Source of the DNA: Candidatus Aminicenantes bacterium
GTDB lineage: Bacteria > Acidobacteriota > Aminicenantia > JAMOAD01
Assembly: GCA_027031485.1 (NCBI GenBank)
Contig: JALVQI010000218.1
Coordinates: 1-63,256 of the forward strand
Direction: 5' to 3'
DNA: 63,256 nt
In this document: positions 34,119 to 44,975 of the stretch, piece after piece
Layout: each line of letters starts with the position of its first letter
How positions within the stretch are numbered: position 1 is the first letter of the stretch
Program-made: the position numbers and the translations under genes
Notes under the pieces: model-generated
What the model was told of the DNA's origin: nothing
Databases searched by the model: none
What the model saw: only the letters and a program-made list of their open reading frames with translations

Positions 34119-35252
34119 ATGAATAAGCTCCTGATATTTCATGTAAACTCAAATTCTTATTATAAAAATATTGTTTTTAATTCACTTAAGGAAAAATATG
34201 GTAGCTTTAAAGTAATTTTTCTTTCTGAATCAAGAAAAAGTAGAAAGTGGAAACTTAATCACAAAGATTTGAAATTTCCCTTTAAAACACTGTTTAAAGG
34301 TGATCTTGAAGATGTTAATAAAGTTTCATTGATAAAAAGAGTTCTTAAAACATTAAGGGAAGAAAACCCTGATGTCCTCTATTTGGGAGGATATTCTCAA
34401 ATTGCTTATTGGAGCGCTTTGATATGGAGTAAGATAAAGAGAAAAAAAGTTATTCTTGAAATGGATTCAAATATATATAATCTCGGGAAGAAAACTTTTT
34501 ACAAAGAGTTTTTTAAAAAATTCTTTGTGAAAATGTGCGACTATGGAATAACATACGGAGAGTTAAGCAAAGAATATTTTATCAAACTTGGTATGCCTGA
34601 GGAAAAGATTGTAATTAAACCGAATGTAACGGACAATGAATTCTGGGAAAAGGAAACAGAAAAATATTCAAGAAAAAGGGATGAGATTATAAGAAAAGAG
34701 GGTTTTAAAAACAAAAATTTTATTTATGTCGGGAGATTTGCTCCGGAAAAGAATTTATTTTTTTTGTTGGATGCTTTTAAAGAAATTAAAAAAAGTAAAG
34801 AGGCTGAAGGGTGGGGACTTATTATGGTGGGAGATGGAAGTCAAAGAGAGGAGCTAATGAAATATGTTGAAAAAGAAAAAATTAAGGATGTATTTTTTAT
34901 TCCTTTCAAACAAAAGGAGGAACTGCCAAAATATTATGCAATAAGTGATGTTTTACTCTTGCCATCTTTAAGTGAAACATGGGGGATTGTGGTAAATGAG
35001 GCTATGGCATCGGGGTTAATCCCCCTTGTGTCAAAAAGATGCGGGGCAATTGATCTGCTGAAGCCTTGTAGAGAAGAATTTGTTTTTGATCCACTTAATC
35101 TCAATGATTTTATTGAAAAGATAAAAAGAGTTATGAATTTTCTTGAAAGAGATTTTCACAAAAATAAAATCGTAAAAAACATACATGAGTATACTACAGA
35201 TTATGCATCTAATAAGATGTTAGAATTGATAAGGAAAGTAAAAGCTAATTAA
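34119..35252 (+). CDS. Glycosyltransferase, GT4 (GT-B fold)
   Basis: FIYVGRFAPEKN and the SETWGIVVNEAMASGLIPLVS (E-x7-E) motifs. Confidence 0.8.
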   Translation: MNKLLIFHVNSNSYYKNIVFNSLKEKYGSFKVIFLSESRKSRKWKLNHKDLKFPFKTLFKGDLEDVNKVSLIKRVLKTLREENPDVLYLGGYSQIAYWSALIWSKIKRKKVILEMDSNIYNLGKKTFYKEFFKKFFVKMCDYGITYGELSKEYFIKLGMPEEKIVIKPNVTDNEFWEKETEKYSRKRDEIIRKEGFKNKNFIYVGRFAPEKNLFFLLDAFKEIKKSKEAEGWGLIMVGDGSQREELMKYVEKEKIKDVFFIPFKQKEELPKYYAISDVLLLPSLSETWGIVVNEAMASGLIPLVSKRCGAIDLLKPCREEFVFDPLNLNDFIEKIKRVMNFLERDFHKNKIVKNIHEYTTDYASNKMLELIRKVKAN

Positions 35253-35348
35253 AATATCTCGTGTTGAATATGCAAAATTATCTTAAGAATAGTGTTAAAT
35301 ATGAAATTGAAAAATTAATATAAACTTTTATTTGAGATTTTTTTCACA

Positions 35349-36860
35349 ATGAAATCAAACCTTAAATTAATTGTTAAAAACGCAGGATATAGTTTAAGTG
35401 GACAAGTGGGTGGAACATTGATTCGAACCGTGTATCATCTGCTAATTGCAAATCTCCTTGGAGCTACTTCTTACGGGCTATATAGCCTTGGGCTGAGTGT
35501 TTTAAATATTTTGGTTATAATATCTTTGTTTGGCCTTAATATGACAGTTGTGAAATTTATTCCTGAGTATAATACCAGGAAAGATTATGAAGGTGTAAGA
35601 GGGGTTGTAAGGTTTTCTCTGTTTTTTGTAAGCTGTTTAAGTCTTTTTCTTGGTATTTTGATGTTTATCTTTTCAAAAGATCTTGCAGTCCTTGTTTTTA
35701 AAAAACAGGACTTAACAATAATATTTAAGATATTTTCTGTTTCTCTTACTCTTAAATCATTGTTAATTCTTTTAACTTCCATATTCAGAGCATTCAAACG
35801 ATTAAAGTATTCAGCTTTAATCTCCGATATTGTTCAGCCTTTGAGTGCTTTTATTATTTTTCTTATTTTGTTTTATTTTAAATTTGGAATTTATGCAGCT
35901 GTTTATTCCTTTCTTTTTTCTCTTGGGATTGCTTTTGCCGTAGGGCTGCTTTTATTAAATTCAAAAATTGATGTTAAAGTTTTTAATTCTAAAGCAAGAA
36001 ATGAAGGTTTAAAGCTTTTAAAGTTTTCCATCCCAATAGTTTTTTTATATTTTACGATTAGACTTTTAAATAGAACTGATATTTTAATAATAGGATATTT
36101 TATGCAAACTAAATCAGTAGGTATTTATGCTTTTTGTTACAGAATTTCTTATTTGCTCTTCTTGTTTTGGTTTTCCTTTAATGCAATTTTTTCTCCTGTT
36201 CTGTCTTCTCTTTTTACGAAAAATAAAATAAAGGAGATTGACATAATGTTTAAAACCGTATCACGATGGGTTTTTACTTTAACTCTCCCCTTTGCTATCT
36301 TCCTGATAATAAACGCAGATTTAATATTAGGATTATTCAAAAGAGAGTATGAAGAAGGTGTTGGTGTATTAATAATATTTTCAATTATGTGGCTTCTATT
36401 ATCTTTTTTAGGCTCAATAGGGAATGTTTTAGTAATGGCAGGGAAAAGAGAAAAAGAGTTATATTTTTCAATTCCCATTGTTGTTGTAAATGTCATCTTG
36501 AATCTCTTGTTAATTCCGGTTTACGGTTTAAAAGGAGCAGCTTTTGCCACTATGATTTCAATAGTAGGTTTTAATTTCTTGAAAATGATTTATATTAAAA
36601 AGAAATTTGGGATTTATCCGATTGATAATAAATATAAAACGCCCATTATGGCATCTTTTATTCCAATTATTTTTTTAATATTTTTTAGAGAAATTTTCCA
36701 TAATACAAAAGGAACTCTATTGCTTGTTTTTTTTAATATTATTATAGAATTATTATTATTTGTATTATCTTTATTTTTATTAAAGTTGCCTGAAGAAGAT
36801 TCATATATTTTTTCAGAAATAAAGTCAAAATTAATTAAGGGAAGAAGCAATTGGGGATAA
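35349..36860 (+). CDS. Second Wzx-like flippase / polysaccharide biosynthesis protein (MOP superfamily)
   Basis: A 503-aa polytopic protein. The N-terminus NAGYSLSGQVGGTLIRTVYHLLIANLLGATSYGLYSLGLSV is typical of the family. Confidence 0.7.
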   Translation: MKSNLKLIVKNAGYSLSGQVGGTLIRTVYHLLIANLLGATSYGLYSLGLSVLNILVIISLFGLNMTVVKFIPEYNTRKDYEGVRGVVRFSLFFVSCLSLFLGILMFIFSKDLAVLVFKKQDLTIIFKIFSVSLTLKSLLILLTSIFRAFKRLKYSALISDIVQPLSAFIIFLILFYFKFGIYAAVYSFLFSLGIAFAVGLLLLNSKIDVKVFNSKARNEGLKLLKFSIPIVFLYFTIRLLNRTDILIIGYFMQTKSVGIYAFCYRISYLLFLFWFSFNAIFSPVLSSLFTKNKIKEIDIMFKTVSRWVFTLTLPFAIFLIINADLILGLFKREYEEGVGVLIIFSIMWLLLSFLGSIGNVLVMAGKREKELYFSIPIVVVNVILNLLLIPVYGLKGAAFATMISIVGFNFLKMIYIKKKFGIYPIDNKYKTPIMASFIPIIFLIFFREIFHNTKGTLLLVFFNIIIELLLFVLSLFLLKLPEEDSYIFSEIKSKLIKGRSNWG

Positions 36861-36952
36861 TTTCTGTCTTATTACAAAAGGAATTTTATTAATGAGGAAT
36901 TTTTTATTAAACAAAATTACGATAATTTATATTGGGATTGGGTAGTGATGAA

Positions 36953-37708
36953 ATGAAAAATCTTACAGACAAAAAATTCTGGGATAAATTTTATTCAAAA
37001 AGAAATAATGAGAAGAAGCTTGGAGAACAATGGGGAGGTATAACGCAAGCTCATTTAAAAACTATATTCGATAAATATTTGTCCCGTGGTAACCTGGATT
37101 ACCTGGAAATGGGTTGCGGAAATTCAAGTTGGTTAATTTATTTTGCAAAATATTATAACTACAATGTTACAGGAGTTGATTATTCTCACAAAGGAATTGA
37201 ATATTTAAAACAAAGATTAAAACTTGAGGGTTTAAAAGCGGATCTGTATGAAGAAGATTTTTTTGAATTAAAAGATAAGTTGAAAAAAAAATTTGATATT
37301 GTTTCCTCTTTTGGAGTTATTGAGCATTTTGAAAAACCGTGTGAACCATTAAAACTTTTCTCTTTATTTCTAAAAAAAGATGGAATATTAGTAACAGGGA
37401 TTCCAAAATTAATAGGGATGCAGGGTTTTTTTCAGAAAATTTTGGATAAAGAAATATATTTAAAGCATAAACCCATGAGCTTAGAAGATATTATAGAAAA
37501 ACATAAAAAAGCGGGTTTGACTATCGTTGATAGTTTTGAAATAGGTTTTGGAACAATCGGTTTAAATCTGACTAATAGAAAGATACTTAAAAAGTTTTAT
37601 ATAATATACAGTAGCCTTTTAAATAAAGTTTTACGACGAATAAATTTCAAACTTATAGATAAATTAAAAATAGGGTCATATTATTTAATTCTTTCAAGGA
37701 TAGATTAA
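36953..37708 (+). CDS. Class I SAM-dependent methyltransferase
   Basis: YLEMGCGNSSW (motif I) and ...FDIVSSFGVIEHF. The first ATG in the ORF is at 36953, and the ORF opens at TTG 36932. Confidence 0.7.
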   Translation: MKNLTDKKFWDKFYSKRNNEKKLGEQWGGITQAHLKTIFDKYLSRGNLDYLEMGCGNSSWLIYFAKYYNYNVTGVDYSHKGIEYLKQRLKLEGLKADLYEEDFFELKDKLKKKFDIVSSFGVIEHFEKPCEPLKLFSLFLKKDGILVTGIPKLIGMQGFFQKILDKEIYLKHKPMSLEDIIEKHKKAGLTIVDSFEIGFGTIGLNLTNRKILKKFYIIYSSLLNKVLRRINFKLIDKLKIGSYYLILSRID

Positions 37709-37711
37709 AAT

Positions 37712-39601
37712 ATGTGCGGAATTTTTGGGATTATTTCAAAGGAAGTGGATAAACAATTATTAATTTCAATGGGACAAACTTTGTCTCACAGAGGCCCCGA
37801 TGCAGAAGGATATTATATTGAAAGAGCGGGAAGTAAAATTATTGGATTAGGACATAAAAGATTGAGTATTATTGATCTATCTCCTTCTGCAAACCAACCG
37901 ATGAAAGATGGTGATGTTGTGATTGTATTCAACGGAGAAATTTATAATTTCCCTGATCTTAAGAAGATACTTTTAGAAAAAGGTTATAAATTTTTTTCAA
38001 AATCGGATACTGAAGTCATTATAAAATCGTATATGGAATGGGGAATTGATTTTATAAGTAAATTAAACGGGATGTTTGCAATCGGGCTATTGGACAAAAA
38101 GAAAAAAACACTGTATTTAATTAGAGACAGAATAGGAATAAAACCACTATACTATTATTACAAACATGGAGACTTTGCTTTTGCTTCTGAACTCAAGGCT
38201 TTTTATAAAATTGAGAATTTTGATAAGGATATTGATCTCATAAGTCTAAATGATTATTTTTCTCTAGGTTATATTCCCTATCCTAAAACTATTTTTAAAA
38301 ATTCATATAAGTTAAATCCCGGATCATATCTAAAATATGATTTAAAATCCGGAGAACTAAAAAAAGAGAGATATTGGGAGATCGATTGCCTAAACGGTAG
38401 AAAATTAAATAATATCGGTGAAATAAAAGAAAAGCTTATGTTCTTGATAGAAGATTCCGTAAGAAAAAGAATGATTTCCGATGTTCCATTAGGTGCATTT
38501 TTATCTGGTGGTATAGATTCTTCAATTATTGTGGCTAATATGGCAAAATTATCCAATAAACCTGTAAAAACTTTTACAATAGGCTTTGAAGGCGAAGAAG
38601 ATGAAAGAGAATATGCAAGATTAACTTCAAAAAAATATGGAACAGAACACACTGAAGAAATCTTATCCTTTGAATCAATTGTAAATCTGATTCCGAATTT
38701 AATTTATCAAATGGATGAACCTTTTTTTGACCATTCTATTTTTCCTACATATTTGGTTTCTAAATTAGCAAGGCAAGAAGTAATTGTTGCACTTTCAGGT
38801 GACGGAGGAGATGAAAATTTTGGAGGTTATGTAAGACCTTATATGTTTTCAAAATATTTTGAAAAATATTTACTTATTCCTGAGTTTATTAGAAATATTG
38901 TTGAAAAAAAGATTGTTTTACCCTTTATTAATTGTCTTTCTTTTATTTCGCCCCATAAAAGAAAGTTATTTAAAATCATTGAGATACTTTCTTCTAAAGG
39001 GGATGAACAAATAATTTCCCATATGTTTTTAATGACAGGAAAAATGAAAGGTTTATTATATAGCGATTTTTTTAAAAGTGAGTTAGAAAAGAAATATTCT
39101 CCTTCTATTTTTTCCGGAACACTTGAACTTAATAAAGGATTATCTCTTCCTCAATGGAATATGTGTCATGATTTAAAAAATTATATGGTAAATGACATTC
39201 TTACAAAAGTTGACAGAATGAGTATGCTAAACTCTTTGGAAGTAAGAGTGCCTTTCCTCGATCATAGAGTTGTTGAATTCGCTTTAAGAATACCTTCTAA
39301 TTATAAACTAAGAGGTAAAATCACAAAATGGATATTAAAAGAAACTTTTAAAGAAGATATTCCCAAAAGATTAATAAATCTCTCCAAAAAAGGTTTCGGA
39401 ATACCTCTAAAAAAATGGGTTGAGACTTTTGTTAAAAAGGAAATATGGTCATACATAAAAAATAACAAATTGACTTTTAATTTTTATTTTAGAGAAAGAG
39501 AGGTTTTAAAATTATTAGAAAATAAAAAAGAAAATTTCAGCATAGAATTGTGGTTAATCTTTGTCTTTTTAAAATGGATGGAAAACCTTTTAAACAAGTG
39601 A
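37712..39601 (+). CDS. asnB: Asparagine synthase (glutamine-hydrolysing) family amidotransferase
   Basis: MCGIFGI with the Ntn nucleophile Cys2, the PP-loop FLSGGIDSS, and a C-terminal LEVRVPFLD. Confidence 0.85.
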   Translation: MCGIFGIISKEVDKQLLISMGQTLSHRGPDAEGYYIERAGSKIIGLGHKRLSIIDLSPSANQPMKDGDVVIVFNGEIYNFPDLKKILLEKGYKFFSKSDTEVIIKSYMEWGIDFISKLNGMFAIGLLDKKKKTLYLIRDRIGIKPLYYYYKHGDFAFASELKAFYKIENFDKDIDLISLNDYFSLGYIPYPKTIFKNSYKLNPGSYLKYDLKSGELKKERYWEIDCLNGRKLNNIGEIKEKLMFLIEDSVRKRMISDVPLGAFLSGGIDSSIIVANMAKLSNKPVKTFTIGFEGEEDEREYARLTSKKYGTEHTEEILSFESIVNLIPNLIYQMDEPFFDHSIFPTYLVSKLARQEVIVALSGDGGDENFGGYVRPYMFSKYFEKYLLIPEFIRNIVEKKIVLPFINCLSFISPHKRKLFKIIEILSSKGDEQIISHMFLMTGKMKGLLYSDFFKSELEKKYSPSIFSGTLELNKGLSLPQWNMCHDLKNYMVNDILTKVDRMSMLNSLEVRVPFLDHRVVEFALRIPSNYKLRGKITKWILKETFKEDIPKRLINLSKKGFGIPLKKWVETFVKKEIWSYIKNNKLTFNFYFREREVLKLLENKKENFSIELWLIFVFLKWMENLLNK

Positions 39602-39649
39602 AAATTTAATAAAAAATGGAAATACATAAAAAGTGGTTGGTTTTTTGAA

Positions 39650-40930
39650 ATGAATTTAAAAGTTACTAAAGTTATTGATTTGATATTTATAATATTTTTT
39701 GTCTTTATATCTTTCTATTATAAAAATGATTTTAATATAGATTTATTTGTTTTGTCTTCATGGACATTTACATATTTAATTTTACTTCTTTTAAACTACA
39801 AAAGAGCATTATTAAATATTATTTTTTTGATCGCTTTTCAATATAAATCCTATGAAGTAAAAGGGATATTAATTTCTATAACAGATGTTTCTATTGCTCT
39901 AATAATATTATTTTTTGTCCTGAGAAAAATATTATTGAAAGAATCTATTTTTTTCCAAAAGAGGTTTTATCTCCTTTATTTTTTTATACTCATTATATTT
40001 ATGGGTTTTATACCAAGCTTAAATACAAACCAAATAAATTATTTTATTAGATTTCTTGAAACATTAACTCTTTTTCTAATATTATATTCTGAAATTAGGA
40101 CTAAAGAAGATCAAATTCTTTTTATTAGAAATTCAACATTAGTTATTTTATTAATATCTCTTTACAATATTATTGAGTTTGTATTTATCAATCACAGATA
40201 TAAATATTTAAGAGCAAAAAAATTTAATTTAGCGAGAGTGGTAAGTATTTTTAATCAACCTAACAATTGTGGTATTTTTTTAGTATTGTTATTAATCTCC
40301 ATTTTTATTCTATATATGTATAAGAAAATAGGTAAAAAAACATTCTATGTTTCACTTTTTTTTGTCCTTATAGGGATACTTTTAACCTTTTCAAGAGCAG
40401 CTATACTGGGAATGATAGTGTTTGTTCTTTTAAGTAATATAAAAAAATATTACAAATATTTTATTATCGTTTTTTTGTTGATTACTGTTTTATTTTATCC
40501 TAAAATAGTAAATAGTAGAGAAAAATCTGTAGAAAACAGAGCTTTTCGTTACAAACTTTTACCAAAGATGCTATTAAAATCTCCTTTTATAGGAACTGGT
40601 TTGAAAACAGATAATGAAGAATATAAAAGATTAGCACCGCCGGATAAAGCAAGGCACCCTTCCTCTCACAGTTTGTATCTTCAGCTTTTAGTGGAAACAG
40701 GGATTTTCGGAAGCTTTTTTTTCTTTTTATTTATATTCTCAATTTTGTTAGATATAATTTATGTTAAAAGGAAAAATTATCTTGCTTATAAAATACTTTT
40801 TTCTAATTTTTCAGGATTTTTAATTATAGAGTTTTTTATAGGGAATTTGGTTTCTCTTTATTTCTGGATTTATTTACTAATTGTCATAAAAACCTGTAAA
40901 TACGTGAACTTTGAATATGAAGAAAATTAA
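39650..40930 (+). CDS. O-antigen polymerase/ligase family membrane protein (Wzy_C domain)
   Basis: Polytopic membrane protein. LLTFSRAAILGMIVF and HPSSHSLYLQLLVETGIFG are motifs typical of the Wzy / WaaL / PglL family. Confidence 0.7.
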   Translation: MNLKVTKVIDLIFIIFFVFISFYYKNDFNIDLFVLSSWTFTYLILLLLNYKRALLNIIFLIAFQYKSYEVKGILISITDVSIALIILFFVLRKILLKESIFFQKRFYLLYFFILIIFMGFIPSLNTNQINYFIRFLETLTLFLILYSEIRTKEDQILFIRNSTLVILLISLYNIIEFVFINHRYKYLRAKKFNLARVVSIFNQPNNCGIFLVLLLISIFILYMYKKIGKKTFYVSLFFVLIGILLTFSRAAILGMIVFVLLSNIKKYYKYFIIVFLLITVLFYPKIVNSREKSVENRAFRYKLLPKMLLKSPFIGTGLKTDNEEYKRLAPPDKARHPSSHSLYLQLLVETGIFGSFFFFLFIFSILLDIIYVKRKNYLAYKILFSNFSGFLIIEFFIGNLVSLYFWIYLLIVIKTCKYVNFEYEEN

Positions 40931-42032
40931 TATACTTTATATTATCCCCACTCTTGATGCCGGAGGAGCAGAGAGACAACTATCCTATATTATTAAAGGT
41001 CTAAAAAGGGAAAAATTCAGGGTATTTCTTTTTATCTTAAATGATTCTAAGCTTTTTCTTAAAAAAGAGATACCAGGAGATATAAATGTTTTTTTTAATA
41101 AAAACCATAAAAATATGCTTCAAATATTTAAGAAAGTCACAAAAATCATAAAAGATAATAATATTTTATTGATTCATTCTTTTCTTCCATTGGCTAATTT
41201 TTACGGAGCAATGGTGAAACTTATTTATTTTAGAAAAATTAAGTTAATTACATCTCAAAGAGGGTTACATAGAAAAATTTTTAACAGATGGACAATTTTC
41301 AATCTTTTTGCCCATAGAATCTCAGATGTAATTACTGTCAACTCGTACGCGGTTAAAGTAAATTGTATTAAATTTTTAAAAGTAAAACCAGGAAAGATAA
41401 GAGTAATTTATAATGGATTTAATGATATTTATAAAGAGCAGAATGGCTTTGATAAACTTAGTTTTAAAAAGGAGTTAGGATTGAAAGAATCTTTTCCCAT
41501 TATTCTAAGTGTAGGAAGATTTGACAAATTAAAAGGTCATCAGACTCTTTTAAAGATAGCTGAAAAAGTATTGGAGAAAAGAGAAGTATACTTTTTTTTC
41601 ATTGGTGAAGGCCTATTAAAAAGAAATTTACAAGAGTATGTAATAAGCAAAGGATTAGATAAATATATAAAATTTTTAGGAGAAAGAAATGATATAAGTA
41701 AGTTTTATTCAATTTCTGATATATTTGTATTACATACTTATTCCGAAGGTTTTTCGAATGTAATTTCAGAAGCTATGTTGTTTTCAAAACCTGTAATAAC
41801 AACAAATATAAGTGCCAATCAGGAAATAATTGATAATAATGTTAATGGTTTTTTAGTTGAAAAAGATGAAATAGACGAATTTGTTTTAAAAATATTTTCT
41901 CTTTTGGAGAATGATGATAAAAGAAAACAAATCGGTAAACTTGCCAGAGAAAAAATAATACAAAATTTTTCAATTGAAAAAATGATAAAATCTTATGAAA
42001 CTTTATATAAGGAGATAATAAAAAATGAATAA
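40917..42032 (+). CDS. Glycosyltransferase, GT4
   Basis: YIIPTLDAGGAERQ, ILSVGRFDKLKGH and SEGFSNVISEAMLFSKPVITT. It overlaps the upstream gene. Confidence 0.8.
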   Translation: MKKINILYIIPTLDAGGAERQLSYIIKGLKREKFRVFLFILNDSKLFLKKEIPGDINVFFNKNHKNMLQIFKKVTKIIKDNNILLIHSFLPLANFYGAMVKLIYFRKIKLITSQRGLHRKIFNRWTIFNLFAHRISDVITVNSYAVKVNCIKFLKVKPGKIRVIYNGFNDIYKEQNGFDKLSFKKELGLKESFPIILSVGRFDKLKGHQTLLKIAEKVLEKREVYFFFIGEGLLKRNLQEYVISKGLDKYIKFLGERNDISKFYSISDIFVLHTYSEGFSNVISEAMLFSKPVITTNISANQEIIDNNVNGFLVEKDEIDEFVLKIFSLLENDDKRKQIGKLAREKIIQNFSIEKMIKSYETLYKEIIKNE

Positions 42033-42825
42033 AATTTCATCTAAATTGAATTCTCTATTAAGATATGCCATGGTTTACGGATTATCAGGGTTTATCCCTT
42101 ACTATATTGTCACTGAATATCCTCGTTCCGGAGGTTCATGGCTTTCTAATATGATAGCTGATTATTTAGAAATTCCTTTTCCTGCAAGTAAATTTCCCCA
42201 TTTAAAGAAATCAGTTATTCACGGACATTATCTTTATAAAAAATCCATGAAAAATGTTATTTGTCTTGTTCGGGATGTAAGAGATGTCATTGTTTCGTAT
42301 TATTTTTTCTCTTTTTTTTATGCAAAAGAGAAAAATATTTCATTATATAATAAGATGAAGTCTTATATGAAATTTCAAGATTATGAAAGTATCGAAGACA
42401 ACCTTCCTTCATTTATTGAAAAATTGTTTCTTCTTAAAATTTATCCTCGCTTCAACTGGCAAGAATTTATCATCAGTTTTTACGGGAAAAAAAATATACT
42501 ATGGATTAAATACGAAGATTTATTGAGTAATACTTTTGACTCCATGTATAGTTTGTTAGGAAAATTGGATAAAAACGAGGTTGATAAAGATAAATTAATG
42601 AAAATAATTGAGAAATATACTTTTAAAAGGATGGTAAAAAATTATCAAACAGATGATCCTAAAAGTAGTTTCCTGAGAAAAGGAATAGCCGGGGATTGGA
42701 AAAATTATTTTAACAGAACAAGTGCTGAGATGATTGATTTTTATGCCGGAGAGGGCTTAAAACTAATGGGTTATGAAGAAAACAGAAACTGGATAGAGAA
42801 ATTTATAAAGGAGAAAGGAAAATGA
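42025..42825 (+). CDS. Sulfotransferase (cytosolic-SULT-like Sulfotransfer_1)
   Basis: EYPRSGGSWLSNMI (5'-PSB), LVRDVRDVIVSYYFF (3'-PB) and FLRKGIAGDWKNYF (the RKG..GDWKN hallmark). Confidence 0.8.
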   Translation: MNKISSKLNSLLRYAMVYGLSGFIPYYIVTEYPRSGGSWLSNMIADYLEIPFPASKFPHLKKSVIHGHYLYKKSMKNVICLVRDVRDVIVSYYFFSFFYAKEKNISLYNKMKSYMKFQDYESIEDNLPSFIEKLFLLKIYPRFNWQEFIISFYGKKNILWIKYEDLLSNTFDSMYSLLGKLDKNEVDKDKLMKIIEKYTFKRMVKNYQTDDPKSSFLRKGIAGDWKNYFNRTSAEMIDFYAGEGLKLMGYEENRNWIEKFIKEKGK

Positions 42826-42950
42826 TAATACTTGGAATATCCGTATGTAGTGTAGTTTACTCAGCTATAATCGTAAAAGACGGGAAATTGATTTCAACGG
42901 TTGAAGAGGAAAATTTACAAGAGGCAAACACTATGATGGCTTTTCCGTAA
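42822..42950 (+). pseudogene. 42-codon remnant resembling the N-terminus of a NodU/CmcH-type carbamoyltransferase
   Basis: MIILGISVCSVVYSAIIVKDGKLISTVEEENLQEANTMMAFP* compared with the family N-terminus M.ILGIS...HDS.A.L..DG.....A.EER..R.KH...FP. The catalytic HDS is lost and the ORF is truncated. Confidence 0.4.
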
Positions 42951-43013
42951 ATCCAATTAAATATTATTTAAAAAGAAAAAGAGTATCAGGAATGTTTTAA
43001 AAAGGAGATTAAG

Positions 43014-44144
43014 ATGAAAATTATTAACATAGTTCTCGACGGAAGAATTGCAGGCCCTCAGCTTAGAATTGCTGATGTTGCCAGAAGGTTAAAAGGGGAT
43101 GGGATTGAAACAATAGTCGTCTTTCCCGAAAGAGAATCTGATAAATTCAGAAAACTTTTGGATAGTTATCAAATAGAATATAAAACTTTGAATTTAAATA
43201 AATTATCAAAAAACCCTTTCGGGTTAATCAAATGGTTTATTTCATTTATCCCACAAACAATAAAATTGATTAAATTATTTAATAAGATAAATCCAGATAT
43301 TGTTCACTGCAATGCCTCATGGCAGTGGAAAGGGGTTATTGCGGCGAAACTCGCCGGTAAAAAAATTGTGTGGCACTTAAATGATTCTAAAATGTCATTT
43401 TTAGTTTTGCTTGGCTTTAAATTTTTAAACAAATTTGCGGAGGGTTTTATTTTTGCCGGTAAAAGGGTTAAAAAGTATTACTTAAATTATATTAAAGAAA
43501 AAAAAATAGGAAAGATAATCCACGCACCGGTTGATACAACACAATATGATCCTGAAAAAGATATTAGTCCTTCTTTTTTGAAAGATGAAAAAGGAGTAAA
43601 AATTATTACAGTTGCTAATGTAAATCCTCTTAAAGGTATTGAGTATTTTGTTGAATCAGCATCTTTTTTAAGCAACAAATATGATAATTTACGATTTTAT
43701 GTTTTTGGAGGCTTATTTAAATCTCAAAATAAGTATATTAAGTATATTAAAAAACTAATTGAAAAATATAAGCTTGATAATTTTTTTCTGTATGGGTTTT
43801 GTGAAAACATTGCTTCAGTGTTAAAGGATTCAGATATATATGTTTGCTCTTCGATAACTGAGGCTGCTCCCATGTCTGTATGGGAAGCTATGGCAATGGA
43901 AAAACCGATTGTTTCAACAGATGTAGGTTCGGTCTCTGATTTCATACAAAACGGAGAAAACGGTTTTATAGTTCCTGTAAAAGCTCCCGAGAAATTGGCT
44001 GAAAAAATTGAGCTGCTAATAAAAGACAAAGAACTCAGAAAGAAATTTTCTAAAAGAGTTAGAGAAGTTGCTGTTGAAAAGCTTGATATTAAAATTTGTG
44101 CAGAAAAGCATAAAGAATTTTACAATTTGATGAAAGGAAGATGA
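43014..44144 (+). CDS. Glycosyltransferase, GT4
   Basis: TVANVNPLKGIEY and SITEAAPMSVWEAMAMEKPIVSTDVGS. Confidence 0.8.
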   Translation: MKIINIVLDGRIAGPQLRIADVARRLKGDGIETIVVFPERESDKFRKLLDSYQIEYKTLNLNKLSKNPFGLIKWFISFIPQTIKLIKLFNKINPDIVHCNASWQWKGVIAAKLAGKKIVWHLNDSKMSFLVLLGFKFLNKFAEGFIFAGKRVKKYYLNYIKEKKIGKIIHAPVDTTQYDPEKDISPSFLKDEKGVKIITVANVNPLKGIEYFVESASFLSNKYDNLRFYVFGGLFKSQNKYIKYIKKLIEKYKLDNFFLYGFCENIASVLKDSDIYVCSSITEAAPMSVWEAMAMEKPIVSTDVGSVSDFIQNGENGFIVPVKAPEKLAEKIELLIKDKELRKKFSKRVREVAVEKLDIKICAEKHKEFYNLMKGR

Positions 44145-44905
44145 AAATTAGCATTATCACTGTTGTTTATAATGATGTAAATTATATTAAAGAAACAATT
44201 TTAAGTGTTTTAAATCAAAGCTATAAAAATGTGGAATATCTTATAATAGACGGGGGTTCAACTGATGGCACTCTGAAAGAGATAAATAAATATAAAAAGA
44301 AAATTTTTAAAATTATTTCTGAAAAGGATAATGGGATATATGATGCTATGAACAAGGGAATAAAATTATCAACAGGAGATATAATAGGCTTTTTGAATAG
44401 CGGGGATTTGTATTTTGATTCCTATGTTCTGGGAAAAGTGGTAAGAGAATTCAAGAAGAGAAATGTTGATAGTGTTTATGGGGATTTAGTATATGTAAAA
44501 GAAAAGAATGTTAATAAAATTATAAGGTACTGGAAAGCAGGGAATTATGAATGGGGATTATTTAAGAAGGGGTGGCATCCTCCGCATCCGGCTTTTTTTG
44601 TCAGAAAAGATATTTATAAGAAATGTGGATATTTTGATCTGGAATTTAAAATATCCGCTGATTTTGAAATAATGCTGAGATTTTTGGAAAAATGTAAAAT
44701 ATCAACATCTTATATACCGGAGGTGTTGGTAAAAATGAGATACGGGGGAGTAAGTAATAACAGTTTATTAAATATCTTAAAAGCTAATTATGAATGTTAT
44801 AGAGCATGGAGAAAAAATGGATTCAAAATTAATTTTATCACTGTTTTAAGAAAACCGATAAGGAAGATTGTACAATTTGCAATAAAAAAAAGGAACTCTT
44901 ATTGA
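44141..44905 (+). CDS. Glycosyltransferase, GT2
   Basis: ISIITVVYNDVNYIKETILSVLNQSY.NVEYLIIDGGSTDGT. There is an ATGA overlap with the upstream gene. Confidence 0.8.
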   Translation: MKISIITVVYNDVNYIKETILSVLNQSYKNVEYLIIDGGSTDGTLKEINKYKKKIFKIISEKDNGIYDAMNKGIKLSTGDIIGFLNSGDLYFDSYVLGKVVREFKKRNVDSVYGDLVYVKEKNVNKIIRYWKAGNYEWGLFKKGWHPPHPAFFVRKDIYKKCGYFDLEFKISADFEIMLRFLEKCKISTSYIPEVLVKMRYGGVSNNSLLNILKANYECYRAWRKNGFKINFITVLRKPIRKIVQFAIKKRNSY

Positions 44906-44975
44906 TACAAGGGTTATTCATTTGAAAAAATAGTTGAAAGGTGTATAATTAAAATATAAAAATGAGAGGGGAAAG

